Shown here piece by piece: positions 38,264 through 47,925 of a stretch of DNA of 64,000 nucleotides. Both the position numbers and the translations under genes were made by a program. The stretch spans positions 43,108 through 107,107 of the forward strand of contig CAVWMP010000009.1 of assembly GCA_963756135.1 (NCBI GenBank). Reading direction: 5' to 3'. The notes below the pieces were generated by a model, which saw only the letters and a list, made by a program, of their open reading frames with translations, was not told the origin of the DNA and did not search any database. Source of the stretch: an uncultured Actinomycetota bacterium (GTDB lineage: Bacteria; Actinomycetota; Actinomycetes; Propionibacteriales; Nocardioidaceae). Each line of letters begins with the position of its first letter. Position 1 is the stretch's first letter.

Positions 38264-38917
38264 ATGTCCCCCGCCCCCCGCCCCCGCCCCGACCTGCACC
38301 GCCACGGCCCGGCCCCCACCGGAGTCATCGGCAGCGTCGTCCACGCCGCCTGCAACCTCACGCTCGTCCTGTCCGCGGCAGCGCTCGTCGTCGCGCTGCT
38401 GACGGTGACCGCCGGGTCCGCCTCGGCCGCTCCGCTCGAGGACTACGCGGACTACGAGCCCGCCTCGCGGTGCGCTCCCCGGGCCAAGCCCGGAGCCACG
38501 GTGCTCGGCCAGACCCTGGAGCGCCGGTTCGGCGGCGCCTTCGGCGGCGTCTCGCGTCCGTGCGGCCGGGACGGCGTCACCTCGGAGCACGAGGAGGGCC
38601 GCGCCATCGACTGGACCCTCGACGCCGACGCGGAGGTCGACCGTGCCGCCGCCCAGCGCTTCCTCGACTTCGTCTTCAGGACCGACCGCAAGGGCCGTAC
38701 CCACGCGAAGGCTCGCCGGATGGGCATCATGTACCTCATCTGGAACGACCAGATCTTCTCTGCCTGGCACGGGTTCGAGGCGCGCCCCTACCTCAACAGC
38801 GGCTGCGTGGAGCCGTCCACCTGCTCGGACACCCTGCGACACCGCGACCACATGCACATCTCGCTGACCCGCCAGGCCGCGGCCGGCGGCACCAGCTGGT
38901 ACGCCGGACGGCTGTGA
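38264..38917 (+). CDS. Exported protein with LAS-type (M15-like) metallopeptidase signature
   Basis: Signal/TM followed by ...SASAAP. Contains SEHEEGRAIDW (H-x-x-x-x-x-D) and HRDHMHIS (H-x-H), the zinc-ligand arrangement of VanY/M15-type LAS enzymes. Assignment rests on motifs only. Confidence 0.45.
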   Translation: MSPAPRPRPDLHRHGPAPTGVIGSVVHAACNLTLVLSAAALVVALLTVTAGSASAAPLEDYADYEPASRCAPRAKPGATVLGQTLERRFGGAFGGVSRPCGRDGVTSEHEEGRAIDWTLDADAEVDRAAAQRFLDFVFRTDRKGRTHAKARRMGIMYLIWNDQIFSAWHGFEARPYLNSGCVEPSTCSDTLRHRDHMHISLTRQAAAGGTSWYAGRL

Positions 38918-38933
38918 GACGGCCGGGCCCGGG

Positions 38934-40040
38934 TCAGTCGCCCCAGGCCTCGCGCCACCCCTCGACCGCGTCTGCCTTGCGCTGGGCCGGGCCGGCGTAG
39001 ACCGCCGAGGGCCGGATCAGTCGACCGGTGAGCTTCTGCTCCAGGATGTGCGCCGACCAGCCGCCGGTCCGCGCGCAGGTGAACATCGAGGTGAACATCG
39101 GCGCCGGCACCTCGGCGAAGTCCAGGACGATCGCCGCCCAGAACTCGACGTTCGTCTCCAGCACCCGGTCCGGGCGGCGCTCGCGCAGCTCGGCGAGCGC
39201 GGCCTGCTCCAGCGCCTCGGCCACCTCGTACCGCGGTGCGTCGAGCTCCTTGGCGGTCCGGCGAAGCACCCGGGCGCGGGGATCCTCGGCGCGGTAGACG
39301 CGGTGCCCGAAGCCCATCAGCCGCTCGCCGTCGTCGAGGAGCTGCTTGACGTACGACGCGGCGTCGCCGTCCCGCTTCTCCACCTCCTCGATCATGTGCA
39401 GCACCCGGGACGGGGCGCCGCCGTGCAGCGGCCCGCTCATCGCCCCGATCGCGCCGGAGAACGCCGCGGCGACGTCTGCCCCGGTCGAGGTGATCACCCG
39501 GGCGGTGAACGTGGAGGCGTTCATGCCGTGCTCGGCCGCGGAGGACCAGTAGGCATCGATCGCCTTGACGTGGGCCGGGTCGGCCTCCCCCTTCCAGCGG
39601 ATCAGGAACCGCTCGGCCAGGGTCCGGCCCTCGTCGACCTCGCTCTGCGGGACGACCGGCTGGTGCAGCCCCCGCGCGGCCTGTGCGGCGTAGGAGAGCA
39701 CCATCACCGCGACCCGGCTCAGGTCCTCGCGGGCCTGCTCGTCGGAGATGTCGTAGGTCTGGCGGAACCCGAAGGCCGGCGCGAGCATCGCGATCGCCGC
39801 CTGGACGTCGACCCGGATGTCGCCGGTGTGCACCGGGATGTTGTACGCCTCGGCGGGCGGCAGGCCGGGGTCGTAGCAGCCGTCGATGAGCAGGCCCCAC
39901 ACGTTCTCGAAGGGCACCCGCCCGACGATCTCCTCGATGTCCACGCCGCGGTAGCGGAGGGCGGAGCCCTCCTTGTCGGGCTCGGCGATCTGGGTCTCGA
40001 AGGCGACGACGCCCTCCAGTCCGTGGTGCACCTCAGTCAT
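38934..40040 (-). CDS. Citrate synthase (short, CitA-like type)
   Basis: Intact 368-aa ORF. Contains GPLHGGA, MGFGHRVYRAEDPRA and the C-terminal ...GRLIRPSAVYAGP. Confidence 0.9.
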   Translation of the reverse strand: MTEVHHGLEGVVAFETQIAEPDKEGSALRYRGVDIEEIVGRVPFENVWGLLIDGCYDPGLPPAEAYNIPVHTGDIRVDVQAAIAMLAPAFGFRQTYDISDEQAREDLSRVAVMVLSYAAQAARGLHQPVVPQSEVDEGRTLAERFLIRWKGEADPAHVKAIDAYWSSAAEHGMNASTFTARVITSTGADVAAAFSGAIGAMSGPLHGGAPSRVLHMIEEVEKRDGDAASYVKQLLDDGERLMGFGHRVYRAEDPRARVLRRTAKELDAPRYEVAEALEQAALAELRERRPDRVLETNVEFWAAIVLDFAEVPAPMFTSMFTCARTGGWSAHILEQKLTGRLIRPSAVYAGPAQRKADAVEGWREAWGD

Positions 40041-40192
40041 GCGGCGCGTCTCCTTCGTCGGGGATGGAAGAGATCCAACGGGGCATTGTGCCCCGCATCC
40101 CCCGCGGGTGCACGCGCGCCCGCCGGGTGGGCCGACCGGGCTGGGGATCCCGGTCGTCGGTCGGCGCGGATCCCCCGCACTATCGTGGCGCC

Positions 40193-40861
40193 ATGGCTGA
40201 CACCGGGCACGACGGGACCGACCTCTCCGCGCTGCGTCGTGAGTACGCCGCGGCAGGGCTGGAGGAGACGGACCTCGCCGCCGACCCGACGGCGATGTTC
40301 GGCCGGTGGTTCGAGGACGTGACGGCAGCCGGCGTCCACGAGCCGAACGCGATGGTGCTCTCCACCGTCGCCGCGGACTTCGCCCCGTCGTCGCGGATGG
40401 TGCTGCTCAAGGGGTTCTCCGCCGAGGGGTTCGTGTTCTACACCAACACCCGCTCCCGCAAGGGCCGGGACCTGGCCGGCAACCCCCGCTGCGCCCTGCT
40501 CTTCCCGTGGCACCCGCTGGAGCGCCAGGTGCGGGTCGAGGGCGTGGCGGTGCTGCTCGACCGTGGTCGCGTCGAGGACTACTTCGCGGCCCGGCCCCGC
40601 GAGTCGCAGCTGGGCGCGTGGGCCTCCCACCAGTCGACGGTGGTCGCTGACCGCGACGAGCTGAGCGCGTCGTACGGCGAGGCGGAGGTCCGCTGGCAGG
40701 GGCAGGAGGTGCCGGTGCCCGAGGAGTGGGGCGGCTACCTGGTGCGGCACGAGTGCGTCGAGTTCTGGCAGGGCCGTCGGGGTCGGATGCACGACCGGTT
40801 GGTCTACCGGCGGGCCGGGGCTGACGGGGAGACCTGGGCGACGGAGCGGCTCTCGCCCTGA
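40193..40861 (+). CDS. pdxH: Pyridoxamine 5'-phosphate oxidase
   Basis: ATG 40193 (MADTGHDG...). Contains RMVLLKGFSAEGFVFYTNTRSRKG, LERQVRVEG, and EFWQGRRGRMHDRLVY near the C-terminus. Confidence 0.9.
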   Translation: MADTGHDGTDLSALRREYAAAGLEETDLAADPTAMFGRWFEDVTAAGVHEPNAMVLSTVAADFAPSSRMVLLKGFSAEGFVFYTNTRSRKGRDLAGNPRCALLFPWHPLERQVRVEGVAVLLDRGRVEDYFAARPRESQLGAWASHQSTVVADRDELSASYGEAEVRWQGQEVPVPEEWGGYLVRHECVEFWQGRRGRMHDRLVYRRAGADGETWATERLSP

Positions 40862-40880
40862 GGCACCCTCGTGAAGACTT

Positions 40881-40900
40881 GTGAGTGAGTGCTCACTCAC
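40881..40900. promoter_or_regulatory. Perfect 9-2-9 palindrome, candidate TetR operator
   Basis: GTGAGTGAG-TG-CTCACTCAC at 40881-40900, 14 nt upstream of the probable TetR start (GTG 40914). Confidence 0.5.
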
Positions 40901-40913
40901 TTACACTCGGCGG

Positions 40914-41558
40914 GTGACCACCAAGCGGGAGCGCGCCCGTCCGATGTCGCCGGCCGAGCGTCGGGCGGCGATCGTCGCGGCGACCGGACCGCTGCTCGCG
41001 CAGTACGGCGGCGACGTGACCACCCGACAGATCGCCGAGGCGGCCGGGATCGCCGAGGGCACCATCTTCCGGGCGTTCCCGGACAAGCGCGCGCTGTTCC
41101 TCGCGGTCGCCGAGGAGGCGGTCAACCCGCCCACCGGGCCGGCGGAGATGGCCACCGCGATCGCCGCCCGCCGGGGGCTCCCCGACCAGGTCGCTGCCGT
41201 GGTCGACCTGCTGGTCGCGAGGATGGAGAACAGCATGCGGGTGATGATGGCGCTGCGCCCGGTGCTGCTCGCCGAGGGCGCCGAGCAGACAGCTGCGGGC
41301 AAGCCGCCCGGGCCGCCGGAGTTCGTCGTCGAGGCCAACCGGCAGCTGCTGGGCACCCTGGCCGACCTGCTGTTCGGCCCGCACGCCGAGCAGCTCCGGG
41401 TGCCCCCGGTCCGCGCCGCGCTGGTGCTGCGCAGCCTGGTCTTCGGCGCCTGGCACCCGGGCATGCCCGACGCCGAGCACCGGCTCAGTGCCGCGGACAT
41501 CGCCGACGTGGTCCTCGACGGGATCCTGGCCGGGGCGCGCGGGACGGGACCCCGCTGA
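40914..41558 (+). CDS. TetR family transcriptional regulator
   Basis: HTH TTRQIAEAAGIAEGTIFRAFPDKRALF. The stop overlaps the ATG of the first ABC gene (TGATG). The ORF-track start at 40881 lies inside the palindrome, so GTG 40914 is preferred. Confidence 0.8.
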   Translation: MTTKRERARPMSPAERRAAIVAATGPLLAQYGGDVTTRQIAEAAGIAEGTIFRAFPDKRALFLAVAEEAVNPPTGPAEMATAIAARRGLPDQVAAVVDLLVARMENSMRVMMALRPVLLAEGAEQTAAGKPPGPPEFVVEANRQLLGTLADLLFGPHAEQLRVPPVRAALVLRSLVFGAWHPGMPDAEHRLSAADIADVVLDGILAGARGTGPR

Positions 41559-43299
41559 TGCTGCTCCGACTGCTGCGGATCCACCTCCGCCCGTACCGGA
41601 CCTGGCTGTACGCCGTGGTGGCGCTCCAGTTCGTGGGCGTGGTCGCGATGCTCTACCTGCCCAGCCTGAACGCGGACATCATCGACAACGGCATCGCCCG
41701 CGGCGACACCGGCTACATCGTCCGGGTCGGCGCGGTGATGCTCGTCGTCTCGCTGGTGCAGATCGTCTGCGCCGTCACCGCGGTGTGGTTCGGCGCTCGG
41801 ACCGCGATGAGCTTCGGCCGCGACGTCCGCGCGACCCTCTTCCACCGGGTCGGGACGTTCTCCACCCGCGAGGTCCAGCACTTCGGGGCGCCCTCGCTGA
41901 TCACCCGCAGCACCAACGACGTCCAGCAGGTGCAGATGCTGGTGCTGATGGCCTGCACGATCGCGGTCTCCTCGCCGATCATGATGGTCGGCGGCGTGAT
42001 CATGGCGCTGCGCGAGGACGTCGGGCTGGGCTGGATCCTCGCCGTCGTGGTCCCGGCGCTGTTCGTCAGCGTCGGGTTCGTGGTCAGCCGGATGGTGCCG
42101 AACTTCCGGCTGATGCAGGCGCGCATCGACGAGGTCAACCGGGTGCTGCGCGAGCAGATCACCGGGATCCGGGTGGTGCGGGCCTTCGTCCGGGAGCCGT
42201 ACGAGACCGAACGCTTCGCCACCGCCAACGACGAGCTCACCGACGTCGCGGTGCGCGCCGGCCGCTGGATGGCCACCATGTTCCCGCTGGTGATGCTGGT
42301 CGTGAACGTCGCCAGCGTCGCGGTGATCTGGTTCGGCGGGCAGCGCGTCGACAGCGGGCAGATGCAGGTCGGAGCGCTGACCGCGTTCCTCACCTACCTG
42401 ATGCAGATCCTGATGTCGGTGATGATGGCGACCTTCATGCTGATGCTGGTGCCCGCGCTCCTCGGTCTGCGGTGACCGGATCATGGAGGTGCTCGACACC
42501 GAGTCCTCGGTGGTCCCGCCCGCCGAGCCGGTCGTGCCCGACCCGGCCCGGCGTGGGTGGCTCGACCTGGAGCACGTGGTGTTCTCCTACCCCGGGGCCG
42601 AGTCCCCGGTGCTCAGCGAGGTCTCGTTCTCGGCGCGCCCCGGGCAGACGGTCGCGGTGATCGGCTCGACCGGCGCCGGCAAGTCCACGCTGGTCAACCT
42701 GGTGCCCGCGGCTCTTCGACGCCACCTCCGGCACCGTGCGCGTCGGCGGGCGTCGACGTACGCCGGCTCGACCCGGACTGCCCTGTGGGGCCAGATCGGA
42801 CTGGTCCCGCAGCGGGCCTACCTGTTCACCGGCACCATCGCCAGCAACCTGCGCTACGGCAAGCCGGACGCCACCGACGACGAGCTCTGGGCCGCGCTCG
42901 AGGTGGCCCAGGCGGCGCGACTTCGTCGAGGCGCTGGCCGAGGGTCTCGACGCCCCGGTCACCCAGGGCGGCACCAACTTCTCCGGCGGCCAGCGCCAGC
43001 GGCTGGCGATCGCCCGGGCCCTGGTCCGCCGGCCCGGGATCTACCTGTTCGACGACTCGTTCTCGGCGCTCGACCTCGCCACCGACGCCCGGCTGCGGGC
43101 GGCGCTGCGGCCGACCACCCGGGACGCGACGGTGGTGATCGTGGCCCAGCGGGTCTCCACGATCATCGACGCCGACCTGATCCTGGTGCTCGAGGACGGT
43201 CGGGTCGTCGGCCGCGGCACGCACGACGAGCTGCTCGCCGACTGCCCGACGTACCAGGAGATCGTCACCTCGCAGCTGCGCGCGGGGGCGGTGGCATGA
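41558..43299 (+). CDS. ABC exporter, fused TMD-NBD (first of a heterodimer pair); about 5 single-base insertions as sequenced
   Basis: Six-TM domain in ORF 40889..42475. It continues as ...MLVPR|SSVCGDRIMEVLDT... after dropping one C of 42452-42454. Walker A GSTGAGKST, signature FSGGQRQR, Walker B IYLFDDSFSALD. Further extra bases lie near 42706, 42750, 42782 and 42915, each restoring consensus peptide (e.g. VPRLFDATSGTVRVGGVDVRRLDPDC). Confidence 0.8.
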
Positions 43300-45316
43300 G
43301 CGAGGCCCGCCCACGCCCCGGCCCGCAGGCCGCCGCGCCGAAGGGCGTCGCGCTGCGCGCCACCGAGCGGATCGAGGCAATGCCACGGTGGCCCGGGCGC
43401 GGTCCGATGGGCGGCGGCATGGTCGCCCAGAAGGCGATGACCTTCGGCCCGTCCGCGCGGCGGCTGGTGGCCCGGCTGCGCACCCGACCGGCCCCGGGCG
43501 ATCGCGATCGTCGGTGCTCGGCGGTGCTCAGCGTCGGCCTGATGTCGACCGGTCCCCGGATCCTCGGCCGGGCCACCGACCTGGTCTTCAGCGGCCTGTT
43601 CAGTCGCAACCTGCCCGCGGGGACGACCCAGGCCCAGGCGGTCGCCGACCTCCGGGCGCGCGGCGAGGACAAGCTCGCCACGATGCTCTCCTCGATGCAG
43701 GACATCGTCCCCGGGCAGGGCGTCGACTTCAGCGCCGTCGGGCAGGTGCTGCTGCTGGTGCTCGCGGTGTACGTCGTGGCCTCGCTGCTGGCCTGGCTGC
43801 AGGGCTACGTGCTCAACGCCGTCGTGCAGAACACCGTCTGACCGGATGCGCGCCGACGTCGAGGAGAAGATCAACCGGCTGCCGCTCGGGTACTTCGACC
43901 GGTCGCCGCGCGGCGAGCTGCTGAGCCGGGTCACCAACGACATCGACAACGTCAGCCAGACGCCTCCAGCAGACGATGAGCCAGCTGCTGACCTCGCTGC
44001 TCACCGTGTTCGCGGTGCTGGCGATGATGTTCTGGATCTCGCCGCTGCTGGCGCTGGTCGCGCTGGTCTCGGTGCCGGTCTCGCTGCTGGTCACCCGGGC
44101 GATCATGAAGCGCTCGCAGGGCCAGTTCGTCGCGCAGTGGCGGCGTACCGGCGCAGCTGAACGCGCAGATCGAGGAGGCGTACTCCGGCCACGCGCTGGT
44201 CAAGGTCTTCGGTCGCCAGCGCGGAGGTGGAGGCGCACCTTCGCCGAGGAGAACGACGAGCTCTACCGGGTCAGCTTCGGCGCGCAGTTCGTCTCCGGGC
44301 TGATCATGCCGTCGATGATGTTCCTCGGGAACCTCAACTACGTGGTGATCGCCGTCGTCGGCGGGCTGCGGGTGGCCAGCGGGCTCGCTGTCGCTGGGCG
44401 AGGTGCAGGCGTTCGTGCAGTACACGCCGCCAGTTCACCCAGCCGCTGACCACCGTCGCCTCGATGATGAACCTGCTCCAGTCCGGGGTCGCCTCGGCCG
44501 AGCGGGTCTTCGAGCTGCTCGACGCCGACGAGGAGCCCGCCGACCCGGCGGACCTGGCGATCCCGGCGCGCCCGGCACGGCGAGGTCGCGTTCGAGGACG
44601 TCTCGTTCCGCTACGACGAGGACGTCCCGCTGATCGAGGACCTCTCGCTGGTCGCCCGGCCCGGCCAGACGGTCGCGATCGTGGGACCGACCGGTGCCGG
44701 CAAGACCACCCTGGTCAACCTGGTGATGCGCTTCTACGACATCGACGCCGGGACGGATCACCCTGGACGGCGTCGACATCACCGCGATGCCCCGGGCCGC
44801 GCTGCGCGGTCAGATCGGGATGGTGCTGCAGGACACCTGGCTGTTCGGGGGCACCATCCGCGACAACATCGCCTACGGCCGCCCCGACGCCACCGACGAG
44901 GAGGTGATCCGGGCCGCCCGGGCGACGTTCGTGGACCGGTTCGTGCACTCGCTGCCGGACGGGTACGACACGGTGATCGACGAGGAGGGCTCCAACCTCT
45001 CCGCCGGTGAGCGGCAGCTGGTCACCATCGCCCGGGCCTTCCTGACCAACCCCGCGCTGCTGATCCTCGACGAGGCGACCAGCTCGGTGGACACCCGCAC
45101 CGAGCTGCTGGTCCAGCAGGCGATGGCCGCGCTGCGCTCGGACCGGACCAGCTTCGTGATCGCCCACCGGCTCTCCACGATCCGCGACGCGGACCTGATC
45201 CTGGTGATGGAGGACGGCGCGGATCGTCGAGCAGGGCACCCACGACGAGCTGCTCGCCGTGCCGGGGGCGTACGCCGCGCTGTACGACTCGCAGTTCAGT
45301 CGCGGCGGTGGCCTGA
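43296..45316 (+). CDS. ABC exporter, fused TMD-NBD (second of the pair); about 13 single-base insertions as sequenced
   Basis: ATG 43296 overlaps the upstream stop (ATGA). Fragments in all three frames tile into one protein: ...VVQNTV(Y)[19 protein letters not shown]..., ...[18 protein letters not shown]..., Walker [35 protein letters not shown]. The 3' end is uncertain: TGA 45314-45316 if one more insertion is assumed, otherwise TGA 45400-45402. Confidence 0.7.
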
Positions 45317-45742
45317 GCCCGAGGGTGCCAAACCCCTTGTCCGACCCTGCGACGCCGACCTACCGTGGTCGCACACGGGAAAGGAGGTGGTCCGAGGAAT
45401 GAATTCTTCAAGGACGCGTGAGGTGGCTGTCCGCTAGCAGCCCCAGCACCACGACCGGGCGGAAGCGCCCGTGACGCTGCTGGCGAATACCAGGCAGCAA
45501 CCCGACCCGCAGGTGATCCGGCATCACGTCCGCCGGAGCGGACCTCCTCGGAGGTCCACGCCTGCGGGTCGCTGCGTTCCCCGCCGGTCGGCGCAGCTGA
45601 GGCTCGGTGGTGCGCTCCCGCGGGCGATTGGCAACCCCGGTCCGGGGGCCTACGGTTGCCGGCAACAACCGCTGCGCCGAAGGGCTGCCGTGTGCCCCGA
45701 TCCTCCTGCGCGTCCTCCTTCTCGTCCTCCTTCTCGATCCTC

Positions 45743-46231
45743 ATGGCGGCACCGCCGACCCCGGGCCGCTCCGGCGGTCGGGTTCGAGCGGAGTGACGCG
45801 GCCCGCGAGGCCGGTCTGCTCAGCCTGGAGAACGAGATCGGCGTGCTGATCCGGCGGGTACGCCGAGGCATCAGCGAGCGGGCCCGCGCGGTCCACGCCG
45901 ACCTGCAGCCGGCGGCGTACCTGCTCCTGGCCCACCTGGCCTATCAGGGCCCGCACCGAGCGTCCGCGCTCGCCGAGGTGTTCGACATCGACAAGGGGGC
46001 GGTCAGCCGGCAGGTGCAGCACCTGCTCGACCTCGGGCTGGTGGACCGGCAGCCGGACCCGGACGACGGCCGGGCGACGCTGCTGACCCCGAGCAAGGAG
46101 GGTCGGCGCGGGTTGGACACGGTGACCCGGAGTCGGCGGATGCGGCTGGAGGAGCAGCTGGGCGATTGGCCCGAGGAGACCTGGCCCGGTTCACCGAGCT
46201 GCTCGGCCGGTACAACCGCGCGCTGGGCTGA
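45743..46231 (+). CDS. MarR family transcriptional regulator; frame disrupted near both ends
   Basis: The core in ORF 45471..46517 reads LLSLENEIGVLIRRV...LLAHLAYQGPHRASALAEVFDIDKGAVSRQVQHLLDLGLVDRQPDPDDGRATLL (winged helix). The C-terminus LARFTELLGRYNRALG* is in another frame (stop 46229-46231). ATG 45743 is in a third frame, so the start is tentative. Confidence 0.6.
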
Positions 46232-46269
46232 GGCCTCGTGCGCCGAGCGCCGAGCGGCGGGGGTGGCGG

Positions 46270-47890
46270 TCAGGCAGTCGCGGTGTGCAGCCAGACCGCC
46301 GTGTCGCCGGGCAGTCTCCCCCCGGCGATCCGGGCGCTGGCGGCCAGCACCTCACCGTCGGGCAGTGCGACCGGGCTCGGGGCCACAGTTGAGCACCACG
46401 GTCAGGTCCCCGCGGCGGAACGCCAGGACCTCGTCGCCGATGCCCAGGTCGAGCAGGTCGACCTGCCGGCCCGCGGCCTTGGTGAAGGCACGACGCGCGC
46501 TCAGCGCGGCCCGGTAGAAGTTCAGCATCGAGCCGGGGTCCTTGGCCTGGGCCGCGACCGTGAGGCCGGCCCACTCCGCGGGCTGCGGGATCCACGGCTG
46601 CCCCTGTCCCGGGCCGAAGTCGAACGGCGGCGTGTCGTCGTGCCACGGCATCGGCACCCGGCAGCCGTCGCGACCGGGCTCGCCGGTCCGGAACCAGGAC
46701 GGGTCCTGGCGGTGCTCGGGGGCGACGTCGACCTGCTCCAGACCGAGCTCCTCACCCTGGTACAGGTACGTCGACCCGGGCAGCGCCAGCATGGTCAGCA
46801 GCGCCGCGCGGGCGCGGGCCTGCCCCTGCTCGCCGCCGCCGTACCGGGTGGCGTGCCGGACGACGTCGTGGTTGCTGAGCACCCAGGTCGGGTCGGCGTC
46901 GCCGCCCTCGAGCGAGGAGAAGGTGCCGGTGACGACCTCGGCGAACGAGGCCGCGGACCACGGGCGCGCTGCAGCCAGGCGAAGTTGAAGGCCTGGCTCA
47001 TCTCGTCCGGTCGGACGTAGCGGGCCAGCTCCTCCTCGGTCGGCGCCCAGGCCTCGGCCACGGTCATCCGGTCGCCGTCGTACTCGGCGAGGACGCCGTG
47101 CCAGCGGCGGTAGACGTCGTGGACCTCGGGCTGGTGGAACATCGGCTCGTCGGTGTCCGCCCGGTCCACCATCGAGTCGCCCTGCGCTCGGGACGGATCC
47201 ACGAGCCTGGTCGCGGAGGCCCTCCTCCTTGAACAGCCCGTGGGCCACGTCGACCCGGAACCCGTCGACACCACGGTCCAGCCAGAACCGCAGGACGTCC
47301 TCGAACATGTCGCCGACCTCGGGGTTGCGCCAGTCGAGGTCGGGCTGGGTGGAGTCGAACAGGTGCAGGTACCACTGGCCGGCGTCGCCGTCCGGGGTCT
47401 CCAGCTGGGTCCAGGCCGGGCCGCCGAAGATCGACTGCCAGTTGTTCGGCGGCTCGTCGCCCTTGGGGCCACGACCGTCGCGGAAGAGGTAGCGCGCCCG
47501 CTCAGGGCTGCCGGGCTCGGCGGCCAGGGCCGCCTGGAACCAGGCATGGGCGTGGGAGGTGTGGTTGGGCACCAGGTCGACGATCACCTTCAGGCCCAGG
47601 TCGTGGGCGCGGGCGAGCAGCTCGTCGGCGTCGCCCAGCGAGCCGAACAGCGGGTCGACGTCGTAGTAGTCCGCCACGTCGTACCCGTGGTCGTGCTGGG
47701 GGGAGGTGTAGAAGGGGGTCAGCCACACCGCGTCGACCCCGAGGTCGCGCAGGTACGGCAGACGCGAGGTGATCCCGGGGAGGTCGCCCACGCCGTCGCC
47801 GTCGCTGTCGGCGAAGCTGCGCACGTAGATCTGGTAGACGACGGCGTCCCGCCACCACTCGCGGGGGACGATTGGATCGATCAAAGTCAT
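46270..47890 (-). CDS. GH13 alpha-glucosidase / oligo-1,6-glucosidase-like; three frame breaks
   Basis: ATG 47890 gives MTLIDPIVPREWWRDAVVYQIYVRSFADSDGDGVGDLPG. Also DLVPNHTS, GFRVDVAHGL and VLSNHDV. The middle segment lies in ORF 46795..47547, and the tail ...VALPDGEVLAASARIAGGRLPGDTAVWLHTATA* in a third frame (stop at 46270). Confidence 0.8.
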
Positions 47891-47925
47891 AGCCACGAGT
47901 GTAGATCCTGCCCACGCTGAGCACG

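Noticed and set aside
41558-45316. Frame breaks read as programmed ribosomal frameshifting, or the ABC genes as genuine pseudogenes.
   Set aside because: There are too many breaks, irregularly spaced and without slippery heptamers. The same type of break hits rpoB and rpoC. The corrected frames keep all catalytic motifs and have no stops. Assembly or consensus error is the simpler explanation.
45022-45744. A 240-aa minus-strand ORF starting MRIEKEDEKEDAQED, divergent from MarR.
   Set aside because: It has a low-complexity start, an Arg/Gly/Ala/Pro-rich body with no motif, and it overlaps the 3' end of the ABC gene. The other two minus frames are no better. The region is treated as non-coding.
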